A stretch of DNA of 64,000 nt from Oscillospiraceae bacterium. GTDB taxonomy: Bacteria; Bacillota; Clostridia; Oscillospirales; Ruminococcaceae. The position numbers and the translations under genes were made by a program. How positions within the stretch are numbered: the stretch's first letter is position 1; every line of letters begins with the position of its first letter. The DNA is taken from contig JAZUJY010000152.1 of the NCBI GenBank assembly GCA_045643005.1, positions 483 to 64,482 of the forward strand, in the 5' to 3' direction. The notes under the pieces were generated by a model. The model saw only the letters and a list, made by a program, of their open reading frames with translations. It did no database searches and was not told the origin of the DNA. Of this stretch, positions 16,490 to 25,409 are shown piece by piece.

Positions 16490-18160
16490 ATGGCTGAAAT
16501 AACGATCGAACCAAAGAGCTGCAGACAGATCGAGGAGATATCAAAACGTAAAGAATCCATGAAAGATCTTTATCACCTTACTGACGAACAATTTGAAGCA
16601 GGACTTTATCTTATGGTCTATGCAATGGCATGCGGCGGTTTTGATGTAAAAAACTGCAGGGATGACTTTACGAACAAATGCATAGACACTGTTATCTCCG
16701 TTGAAGAACCGGAATACAGAAATCAGTTTATGAACAGGATCTCACATACCTCACCATATACAGGAAGATTTGAACCATGTGAACCAAATGCCGATCATCA
16801 GTCATTGTTTTTCTCCTTCCTTATCACAGAACTAAAAAACACTGACAATATTTTTGGTTTTCTTACCGCTCTTTACAACCAGGATAAAGAAAATTTCGGA
16901 TATTTTATCATTATCGTGGCAAAGGATCTTCTTGATCACAATGACCCGAACGATTTTCAGAATATAATAAACACTTTTTCCGTTATTTCAAAATGGGCAT
17001 GCACAGATCCGCAAAAGACTGACTGGCTTGCAGTTCAGTTTATTACTGCAGTAAAGAGCATCAAGAGCTACGATCATTCAAATATCATTCTTTCATTTCT
17101 TACTCCTTTAAAGGACGGCTTTATAACTGAAAAGCAGTACAATCTCAGACGTGCTGAATATCTTTCATATGCTATAAGACTGTCGGATGATGTTACAGTC
17201 AACAATTCAGTATGTTCAGTAATAAAAGACATTTTAAATACCACAAACACACCGGAAGCCGCAGATTATTATGCAAGAGCACTCTCTAACGCAGCATATC
17301 AGAGTCATTCAAGTGAAAAGGCTCTTATCTACGCTTCTCTCATAAAAAGCGATGTTCTGGAAAAATCAACAGACTTTCAGTCATCCAAAGCAGCACTTGC
17401 TTATGCACGTTCTCTTTCAGTCGCAGCACATTTTTCCGATGACCATCAGGTTTGCCTGAAAGCTGCAGAGCTTATAAAAAAAGATCTTATCAACAGCGAT
17501 GAGCCGAAATATCACACAGCGGAAATTTCTACCGAATATGTAAATGCCATCGCTTCTTCAGATACCATTGCCTCAATTTCAGCAGCTGAAACCGAAGAGC
17601 TTGCTGAACTGATCTGGGATGAGATCCTGTGCAGTTCTGAAAAATCATATAAAAATGCTTCCAATATCTCAAAATATGTCGGTCTCCTGCTTCAGGCATG
17701 TATAAAATACACTGATGTAAAGGAACGTGCCCGCATTACCGATATGATCTCAGAAGTTTTCGACGAAACAAATCCGGGAGTACTGATAAAGGATACTGCA
17801 ATTACATATGCACAGTCAGTATATGAAACGGCAAAGCTCACAAAGGATCCGAAAATATGCATAAAAATGGCAGACAAGATAATCAAAGATCTTTTAAACA
17901 GCACCATAGAAGAATTCAAAAACACCGAAGTTGCAGAAGCTGCTGCCAAAATATTATTTATAGCTGCAAACAATACACCGGAAAACAAGGATAAGCTCGA
18001 AATAACATACAAAATGAAAAAAGACCTTATAATTCACTTTGATTCAGAAGTGATAAACAAGCTTCAGTCTGAAATAAAAGCACAGATACCGGAACCGGAA
18101 AAACCTGATAAGCAGGAAAAAGCAAAAGGCGGACTTTTCGGACTGTTCAGAAAGAAATAA
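16490..18160 (+). CDS. Hypothetical protein with ~6 degenerate ~44-aa two-helix repeats
   Basis: The ORF track start is 16394. I prefer ATG 16490 (MAEITIEPK) because AAAGGGG lies ~10 nt upstream. The repeats each begin AADYYARALSNAAYQS / AALAYARSLSVAAHFS / ISTEYVNAIASS / ISKYVGLLLQAC / TAITYAQSVYETAK / VAEAAAKILFIAAN. The tail is basic and amphipathic: KGGLFGLFRKK. Confidence 0.6.
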   Translation: MAEITIEPKSCRQIEEISKRKESMKDLYHLTDEQFEAGLYLMVYAMACGGFDVKNCRDDFTNKCIDTVISVEEPEYRNQFMNRISHTSPYTGRFEPCEPNADHQSLFFSFLITELKNTDNIFGFLTALYNQDKENFGYFIIIVAKDLLDHNDPNDFQNIINTFSVISKWACTDPQKTDWLAVQFITAVKSIKSYDHSNIILSFLTPLKDGFITEKQYNLRRAEYLSYAIRLSDDVTVNNSVCSVIKDILNTTNTPEAADYYARALSNAAYQSHSSEKALIYASLIKSDVLEKSTDFQSSKAALAYARSLSVAAHFSDDHQVCLKAAELIKKDLINSDEPKYHTAEISTEYVNAIASSDTIASISAAETEELAELIWDEILCSSEKSYKNASNISKYVGLLLQACIKYTDVKERARITDMISEVFDETNPGVLIKDTAITYAQSVYETAKLTKDPKICIKMADKIIKDLLNSTIEEFKNTEVAEAAAKILFIAANNTPENKDKLEITYKMKKDLIIHFDSEVINKLQSEIKAQIPEPEKPDKQEKAKGGLFGLFRKK

Positions 18161-18262
18161 AAAAACTACAGCTGCATTAAAACAAAAAATGTAGCTGTTT
18201 TTATAAGCAGAGCTCCCGGGATCTATACTGTCAGAAGAACATTTATCATATCAACAAAAAGG

Positions 18263-21200
18263 ATGGGAAAAGCAATGATCTATACAGACGAAACGATTAA
18301 TTCATTATATGAAATTTTCAGAAAAAACTTAAGTATCAGTGAAAAAAACATTGATCTTTTTACCCGCTGGATGAACGTATCAGCTCCAAGAGACTTCAGT
18401 ATTCTTGATGAAATAAAAAGAGATGAAAGGATAAATTCCTACTTTGATATATATGAGCGTATACTGATATCACTGTTAAACCCTGTATTAAAAAAGATAG
18501 ATCCAACAGATGAATGGCGTGACAGATACATCCTGTTCATGTATAAAATGTATGGTTTTTACACAGCAATGTTTTCCAATAAAATTATAAAAACTGACCC
18601 TGATACAAGTTATGCAGAAGAATTGCTTGAAAAGTTTTATATTATAAAAAATGCACTGATGACACTCGATAAAGAAAATGCATCAGCTCATGCCGCAGCC
18701 GCATGCATCCTTACAAACCGCGACATCAATTATCCGGCTAACTTATTCGCCTCATCAGAACCTGAAAGCTGTATTGACGGATGTATCCTGACCAAGGAGT
18801 ACAATGAACCAAACGCTGTCTATTTAGCAGGAATAGCAGCCGATATACTTATTGAAAGCAATATACAAAAGGCAAAAGAAGCTGCAGCCTTAATTACATC
18901 CGCAAAGACTGACCTTTCATCCGTTTATTGTCTTTCATCCATATGTACAGCATCATACTTTGATAATTCTCTTTTAGAAAAATATTCAGAACAAATTTGT
19001 AAGGAAAAAGAAGTGATCTACAGGATCATCAGAATGAATACAGGAAAAAAACTAAGTACTGCCGCGCTGCAGCTGTTTAGTGTAAAAGACGTCATTACTC
19101 CTTCATTTATCGATCTGGTTCTGGATCTGGACTATCCGTACAACAATTCTTCGGAAACTCTGCAGGGTTCAGCAAGTGAATATCTTCTTAAAAACCACAC
19201 TGACGTCTTTGAAAAGGCAATTTTCGAAACAGACAACCTGAAAAAAGCAGAAAGGGCACATAAACTGTACATCACCATGTTCCCTGACAAAGGAGAAAAA
19301 ACTATTTCGTATGAAGATATTATCAAAGAAAAGGTTATCGATTATCTGTCGGAAATTTTTGAAACCCCTGACGCAAAAGAAGCTGTAAATAATTATCTCC
19401 ATGAAAAAATACTTTTTTCAGAGCTTGCATCACTTAACATAAAAGCTGCCGGGGCATATCATTTCCCAAAATATTCTGACTTTTTTATAAACAGAGAGGA
19501 TGAACTTACCAGAAGAACTGCAGTCATCATGACCCAATATCATGTTCATGCACCATATCATTATTATAATCCTCTAAACATAAAGAATCAGTTTATAATT
19601 GATTCTGTCTTTAATTCAGACCTTCCTGATGAAAATATTATAATTTCTTTAAACAATTTCATTTCAGATTTTGCAAAGGATGATCTAAAACTTCTTGCAT
19701 CTTATCTGGAAAAATATTTTGACAGGATAGACAGCACAGATATCTCAAAGCTTGACACAAATCTGAGAATTATTTTCATCATGCTCATGTCAAATGATAT
19801 CTCAAAATACAGATCCAAACTTCTTTTATTTGCAGCCGACAGCAGCAAACCGGTAAGAAACGAACTTTCAGAGGTTCTCTCAAAGGATCCTTCCATCACA
19901 GATGAAGTTAAAAAATTTCTTTGCAATAAAAAGTCATCCGTCAGAGAGCTTGCACTTGACATAATTGAAAAAACAAACGTTTCATACTACAAGGAAGCCT
20001 TAAAGGAAGCTTTTGAAATAGAAAGATCCGTAAAATTAAAAAACAGGATCCAGAAGCTCTGCGGCATTTCAAGTGAGGAAGCCAACTCAAACCAGGATAT
20101 AAATGTCGATGAGATAGTAAAATCTCTTACAAAAGGTGCAAAAATGAAAAAATCAGCCTTTGCCTTTGAAGGAATTATTCCGTCAGTACATCTCAAAGAC
20201 GGAAGCACCGCTGACACAAAGCTTCTGACGGCTCTTATGAACTGCTATGCTGAGGATTTCGGCAGCAAAAATCCATATGCAGATATTCTTCTTCCTTTAT
20301 TTGAAAAGGATGATCTGGTGAATTTTTCAAAAGCTGTTTTTGAAAAATGGCTTAATAACGATGCTGATACAAAAAACAAATGGATCCTATGCTTCAGAGC
20401 AGCGTGCGCCGGAAATCAGATAATTCCCGAATATGACACTCTTATGAAAAAATGGGGCACCGGATTTATGTTTTCAAGATCCGGTCTTGCCGGGGATACA
20501 GCACGCTCTCTTGTCTTCTGTGAAACAAATGAAGCTCTGAGCTTTTTAGTTGAAACATCCGAAAAATTCAGAAACAAAATGGTCAGAAGAAAAGCTCTTG
20601 AAGCTCTTGGAAATGCTGCAGCACTTATGGGCATCTCCAAAGACGAGCTTGAAGACAAAATCATTCCCGATCTGAACTTCAGCGACGATATGAGCAGAAC
20701 CTTTGACTACGGTACCCGACAGTTCAAAGTATATATCGGCAAAGATCTTAAGCCGGAAATCACCTGCAGCGGAAAAAAATTAAAAACCTTCCCGAAACCC
20801 GGTGAAAACGACGATCAGATATTATCAAAAAAATCATATGCCGAATATAAAAAAATGAACGATACCATAAAAAGCATCGTAAAAACACAGAAAAAACGAC
20901 TTGAAAACTGCCTCTTGACCGCAAGAGTATGGACAAAACAAAGCTTTGACGAGATGTTTTTAAAAAATCCTGTTATGCACTGCTTTGCAGAGGGCCTTAT
21001 CTGGGGAATGTATGAAAACGGCAGGCTTGTAAGCTCTTTCAGATATCTTGATGACGGCTCTTTTACAGATTCCGGTGATGAGCCGGTAACGATCTCCGAA
21101 AATTCACTTATCGGAATCGTTCATCCGATCGAACTTAGTGAAGAAGAAATAAATGCATGGAAGGAACAGCTGAATGACTATGAAATTACCCAGCCATTTC

Positions 21201-21607
21201 CTCAGCTTGAAAGAAGAGTCTTCCGACTGTCTGATTTTTCTTCAGACGAAAGTGAGATCACCGTTTTTGAAAAATCTCCTGAGCTCAATCCTTTATATTT
21301 CTGCAGTGCCATGGAAGGAAAAGGCTTTGCAAAGGGCTGTGCAGGAGATGCTGCATATGTCTATGATTTTGAACAAACGATCTCTTATTTCGGTAATCAG
21401 AAAAACGAAAACGTACGATCCATAAAAGCAGTTCTTCTCACATCCGGCTTTTGCGCAGTCGACTTTTCTACTGACCCCGACACCGCCTTTGAAATAAAAA
21501 CTCTCTCATTTAAAAACTCATCATCAGAAGAAATATTACTCAAAGACATTCCAATAACACTTCTGAGCGAAATACTGAAATCTGTCATTGAGACCTCAGG
21601 CAGATAA
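18263..21607 (+). CDS. Large DUF4132 domain protein (MolR/YehI-like C-terminus) with HEAT-like helical N-terminal region
   Basis: The C-terminal block is FKVYIGKDLKPEITCSGKKLKTFPKPGENDD...VWTKQSFDEMFLKNPVMHCFAEGLIWGMYENGRLVSSFRYLDDGSFTD...IGIVHPIELSEEEINAWKEQLNDYEITQPFPQLERRVF. This matches my memory of the DUF4132 signature (LvWG...FR...DG...HP.eL...W...Y.i.QPF.QL.R). ATG 18275 is an alternative start. Confidence 0.75.
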   Translation: MGKAMIYTDETINSLYEIFRKNLSISEKNIDLFTRWMNVSAPRDFSILDEIKRDERINSYFDIYERILISLLNPVLKKIDPTDEWRDRYILFMYKMYGFYTAMFSNKIIKTDPDTSYAEELLEKFYIIKNALMTLDKENASAHAAAACILTNRDINYPANLFASSEPESCIDGCILTKEYNEPNAVYLAGIAADILIESNIQKAKEAAALITSAKTDLSSVYCLSSICTASYFDNSLLEKYSEQICKEKEVIYRIIRMNTGKKLSTAALQLFSVKDVITPSFIDLVLDLDYPYNNSSETLQGSASEYLLKNHTDVFEKAIFETDNLKKAERAHKLYITMFPDKGEKTISYEDIIKEKVIDYLSEIFETPDAKEAVNNYLHEKILFSELASLNIKAAGAYHFPKYSDFFINREDELTRRTAVIMTQYHVHAPYHYYNPLNIKNQFIIDSVFNSDLPDENIIISLNNFISDFAKDDLKLLASYLEKYFDRIDSTDISKLDTNLRIIFIMLMSNDISKYRSKLLLFAADSSKPVRNELSEVLSKDPSITDEVKKFLCNKKSSVRELALDIIEKTNVSYYKEALKEAFEIERSVKLKNRIQKLCGISSEEANSNQDINVDEIVKSLTKGAKMKKSAFAFEGIIPSVHLKDGSTADTKLLTALMNCYAEDFGSKNPYADILLPLFEKDDLVNFSKAVFEKWLNNDADTKNKWILCFRAACAGNQIIPEYDTLMKKWGTGFMFSRSGLAGDTARSLVFCETNEALSFLVETSEKFRNKMVRRKALEALGNAAALMGISKDELEDKIIPDLNFSDDMSRTFDYGTRQFKVYIGKDLKPEITCSGKKLKTFPKPGENDDQILSKKSYAEYKKMNDTIKSIVKTQKKRLENCLLTARVWTKQSFDEMFLKNPVMHCFAEGLIWGMYENGRLVSSFRYLDDGSFTDSGDEPVTISENSLIGIVHPIELSEEEINAWKEQLNDYEITQPFPQLERRVFRLSDFSSDESEITVFEKSPELNPLYFCSAMEGKGFAKGCAGDAAYVYDFEQTISYFGNQKNENVRSIKAVLLTSGFCAVDFSTDPDTAFEIKTLSFKNSSSEEILLKDIPITLLSEILKSVIETSGR

Positions 21608-21632
21608 AAACAGAAAAATCAATTAACCAAAT

Positions 21633-21667
21633 AAAAAAACCGGAGATGTACTCTCCGGCTTTTTTTG
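21633..21667. terminator. Bidirectional terminator between the DUF4132 gene and the GH9 gene
   Basis: AAAAAAA-CCGGAG-atgtact-CTCCGG-CTTTTTTT. Confidence 0.8.
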
Positions 21668-21696
21668 AAATTGGCTGAATTTTTTAATATAAATTA

Positions 21697-24213
21697 TTAG
21701 CGGGGACCGAGAACTTTAACTGAACTGTCCTTGCTGATATACTGCTTGAAGTGCGGAAGATCGGCAATATCAAACTCGCCGCTGCCGTCAACATCTGCAG
21801 CCTTCTTCAGGCTTTCAGGAATGTTGTGATTCATAAGATAGATACTCATCTTTGTAAGGTCTGTCAGATCTGCTACACCGTCACCGTTAAGGTCACCATA
21901 AACAAATTCTGAGTTGCTTGCTGAACCTGAATCATTTTTCTTTGATGTAGTGGTTGTTTCTTTTACATCTGAAGTAGCTGTTGTAGTTTTCTGTTCTTCT
22001 TTTTTTGCTGTATCAGGAACAGTACCGTCAGGCTCTGTTCCGCCTACGAGAACACCGTCATCATAAACACAGATGTTCGGATTTTCTTCTTCATTTCCGT
22101 TTCCGAAAAATGCATCGTCTTTATCATAGATCTTAAGACCGTTATAGCTCCAGTCGTTTGAAGGATCCCATTTGTCGCCGTAATAAAGACCAAGGATGAA
22201 CTGATATTTTTTACCTGAGTTTGCGATTGCATATCCGTCCCAGTCAACGTCAACATAGTATGTATCAGCGAGCTTTTCATATTTGAACGGACCAGACATT
22301 ATTCCGTCTGCATCTTCTACTTCAGCTGATGACTGATCGTAAAGTTCCTTGGCTGTATTTACTGCATCGATACCGCCTGAAATTTCCTTGATATTGAAGA
22401 AGTAACGAACTTTAACCTTTGTTGAAGGCTTGGTTGCACCTGAGCAAACCTTGAAGGAAACCTTTGTTACACCTGCGCCGTCAGCATTTATATCATCGAT
22501 ACCGCATGCTTCAACCCAGTAACCGCTTGATGAAGAACCGCCGTTTGCATCATCTCCGCCTCTCTTTTCGTCTTCCGGAGGGAAGTTTGGAGTCGGAGCC
22601 ATGTCAGCTGTTCCAAAGTATTCGTAAAGACCTGCACATGCTCCAACAAAAGCAGCATTGTAGTCGATAGTAACTTCGTTTCCTACCCAGTCTGAAGTAA
22701 CGTCTGTATGTGAGTCAGCATCGTCCGGACCGCCTGCAAGAGCACCCCAGAGGATGTGTCTGTGTTCACGAGGATCTTCTGCTTCAAGAAGTCCTGATGC
22801 TGCACGGTGATGAGGATATTTTACAGAGCTGTCGTTGTATCCTACGATATAGCATCTGTTCATCGGGTTATCACCCATGATATAATGCATCTGCTTCTGA
22901 GCCCATTCACTGTTTGCGCCCGGCTTTCCGCCGTTGTGATATTTGTCGATAAGAAGAGCTATAAGCTGCATAGCAGTGTTGTATCTTGCAGAACCCCAGA
23001 TCTGAAGGAATGCATATCCTCCCGGAGTTTCAAGTGCCTGCCATGTAGGCATGCATTTTTCAACTTCTTCCCATATGTTGTCAAATACATACTGATTTTT
23101 GCCCTGAGCTTTTCTGATAACATTTATAAGATCGAGTTCAGGATGTGTTTCATTTATTACTGCCCATCTGAGTCCGGCACCGCTCCATACATCGTTCCAG
23201 CAGTAGCACCAGCCTGAAGGAGCATAATAGTCGTAGTAAGGTGCAGCCATTTCCATATATGTGCTGTCGCCTGTACATTCATAAAGCCATGAAGCAGCCC
23301 AGCAGTAATCATCTTCCCATTTGTTTGATTTATAGTACTGTTTCGGACCGTCACCGTTATCAGATACTTCAAGTTCATGTGAATTTGCGAAATCCCAGAG
23401 TGCTATAGCATAGTCAAGTGATTTTTCAGCATAATCGGGATCTGTATCCTTAAAGTTGAGATAGTTTATTGCAAGAGAAGCAGCTGCAGATACAACATAA
23501 TCTGTCTGCGGCTTATCAGCTGTAAGGAAAAATGCAGGTCTTGCCATTGAGTCAACTTCAGGAGCTTCCCAGATTGCATGGTCAATATCACCGTCACCTA
23601 CCTGGTAACAATGTGCAACGACTTCACCGTTTTTGTCACGGAATGTACATTTCATAAGGTAATCGTTGAAGCATCTTACTATCTCTTCGATATGGTCGTC
23701 CTGACCTGTCTTAACGTATGCATCACGGAACTCATAATAACCCCATCCGAGTGTAGCAGCTGCATAGTTTTCAGGCATACCGAATTCTACATGGTCACCT
23801 GCGTCGTGGAAACCGCCGGCAACGTCAACGTATCCGTCTCCGTCCGGATCAAGTACATCCTTGAGCTTGCTTATCTGAGCTGCAGAAAGGTTTGTACCTA
23901 CATTTTTTGAATCCATAGGCTGAAGCGGAACCTTTGCATCGTATGTGTGACAGTTGCCTCTCCATGACAGACGGTTATGTTCTTCAACCTCCGTACCGCA
24001 CATATTGGCATCGTAAAAATAAATAGAATACTGAAGAGCACGAGCATAGTCATAATCCAGACCTGAGTCATTTACAACCTCGCTTATCGGTGCAGCCTTT
24101 GTTTCCTCTGTCTTTCCTGCAGCTATTGCAGCAGTTGAAGAAACAGTTGAAGCAAGTACCACAGCACTGACAGCCGCAGCACCGATCCTGCTTAGAAACT
24201 TTTCATTTTTCAT
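21697..24213 (-). CDS. Cellulosomal glycoside hydrolase family 9 endoglucanase with CBM3c-like module and C-terminal dockerin
   Basis: The likely start is MKNEKFLSRIGAAAVSAVVLAST (signal peptide) at 24213, with GGAGAAAGG upstream. GH9 motifs are ALQYSIYFYDANMCG, LSWRGNCH, GGFHDAGDHVEFGMP and YPHHRAASG. The dockerin is VYGDLNGDGVADLTDLTKMSIYL...DVDGSGEFDIADLPHFKQYI. Confidence 0.92.
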   Translation of the reverse strand: MKNEKFLSRIGAAAVSAVVLASTVSSTAAIAAGKTEETKAAPISEVVNDSGLDYDYARALQYSIYFYDANMCGTEVEEHNRLSWRGNCHTYDAKVPLQPMDSKNVGTNLSAAQISKLKDVLDPDGDGYVDVAGGFHDAGDHVEFGMPENYAAATLGWGYYEFRDAYVKTGQDDHIEEIVRCFNDYLMKCTFRDKNGEVVAHCYQVGDGDIDHAIWEAPEVDSMARPAFFLTADKPQTDYVVSAAASLAINYLNFKDTDPDYAEKSLDYAIALWDFANSHELEVSDNGDGPKQYYKSNKWEDDYCWAASWLYECTGDSTYMEMAAPYYDYYAPSGWCYCWNDVWSGAGLRWAVINETHPELDLINVIRKAQGKNQYVFDNIWEEVEKCMPTWQALETPGGYAFLQIWGSARYNTAMQLIALLIDKYHNGGKPGANSEWAQKQMHYIMGDNPMNRCYIVGYNDSSVKYPHHRAASGLLEAEDPREHRHILWGALAGGPDDADSHTDVTSDWVGNEVTIDYNAAFVGACAGLYEYFGTADMAPTPNFPPEDEKRGGDDANGGSSSSGYWVEACGIDDINADGAGVTKVSFKVCSGATKPSTKVKVRYFFNIKEISGGIDAVNTAKELYDQSSAEVEDADGIMSGPFKYEKLADTYYVDVDWDGYAIANSGKKYQFILGLYYGDKWDPSNDWSYNGLKIYDKDDAFFGNGNEEENPNICVYDDGVLVGGTEPDGTVPDTAKKEEQKTTTATSDVKETTTTSKKNDSGSASNSEFVYGDLNGDGVADLTDLTKMSIYLMNHNIPESLKKAADVDGSGEFDIADLPHFKQYISKDSSVKVLGPR

Positions 24214-24593
24214 TTTAAATTCCTTTCTCCAAAAAATACTTTTCGCTATTCCGTTCATAATATATGACCGGGCATCCCGAATACATCCCACATACCATTC
24301 AACCATACTACATGTAATTATATCATATTTTTATAAAAAAAGAAATTCTTTTAATTATAAAAAAATACAATCATTTTTATCAAAAAAACAAATAAGTGTA
24401 AAAAAATTGTCAGCGATACTTTCCGAAAAGTACACAAATCATTTTATTATAAAATGTGCATAACAACTATTTTGTAATATACTCTTGATTATTTTTTATA
24501 AATGTTGTATAATATATATATAAATTTGATACGGTTTTTTTATTTTATAGGGATAAATTAATCAAAATAAATAACAAAAAGGGGGAATTGTGA

Positions 24594-24863
24594 ATGAACA
24601 ACGAAATCGTACAAAATGTTAAAACAGATATCTCTGTTTATCTTTCAGTGATCAAAAACATCCTGAAAATGATCATGGACTGTGACGATATTTTTCAGAT
24701 CATTGCTTTGCTTGACAAGCTTGCTGACCGTTTTGACGAGATCTGGGAAAACGAATATGCTGTCAAAGCCGTTAAGATCATCAATGCCATCGAGCATACA
24801 AACGAGCCGAACGTCGACTCTTACAAGGATCTTATAAGATTTGACTTTGCACGTTATTTTTGA
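24594..24863 (+). CDS. Small hypothetical protein (89 aa)
   Basis: GGGGGAATTGTGAATG provides a good SD, and a terminator follows at 24931..24969. I recognise no motifs. Confidence 0.45.
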   Translation: MNNEIVQNVKTDISVYLSVIKNILKMIMDCDDIFQIIALLDKLADRFDEIWENEYAVKAVKIINAIEHTNEPNVDSYKDLIRFDFARYF

Positions 24864-24930
24864 TATTTTCAATACAGCTCTAATCACAACTATACTGTTT
24901 GAACTTGTTTCAGACACTTCAAACAACAAA

Positions 24931-24969
24931 AAAGGACCGCTTAATCGATGCAGTCCTTTTTTGTTTTTT
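24931..24969 (+). terminator. Rho-independent terminator
   Basis: AAAGGAC-cgcttaatcgatgca-GTCCTTT followed by a T-rich run. Confidence 0.7.
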
Positions 24970-25235
24970 CTTATTATATATTATCCGCCTGCTTTTAAAG
25001 AATTCAGGCTGTACGCAGAAGAACCACCTTCTGCATCTTTCTCATGACTATATGTTATATACGTCATAACATATATCACTCAAAAGTTATACAAATTATA
25101 ACATAAAGAATCAAATAAAACCACCTTAAACTTGTACAAAAAAATATAAAAAAATTATGTTATTTTTTTCATTAACAAGCGGCATGGTAACCGGATGAAA
25201 TTCCTTTACCATGCCGCTTGTATATCCGTTTTAAT

Positions 25236-25387
25236 TTCAAAGCTCTGTGTTGTTCAAAGCTCTGCTTTTAACAAGCAGAGGCGATTCGCAGAATCGGTTC
25301 CCGCTCAGTCGGAGATTGTACTCCGACTGAGCGGGAAGATAGAACCCGCCGCCTGCAGAGGCGGGGGATATCCTCTGTGTTGTTATA
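25236..25387 (+). repeat. Modular multi-hairpin intergenic repeat, long copy A
   Basis: It consists of TTCAAAGCTCTGTGTTG + TTCAAAGCTCTG, then four hairpins, then ATATCCTCTGTGTTGTTATA. Hairpin 1 is CTCTGCTT/AAGCAGAG. Hairpin 2 is CGATTC/GAATCG. Hairpin 3 is a 15-bp perfect stem CCCGCTCAGTCGGAG/CTCCGACTGAGCGGG. Hairpin 4 is CCGCCT/AGGCGG. Confidence 0.9.
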
Positions 25388-25409
25388 TTTGAATCAAAAA
25401 ATTTTTTAT

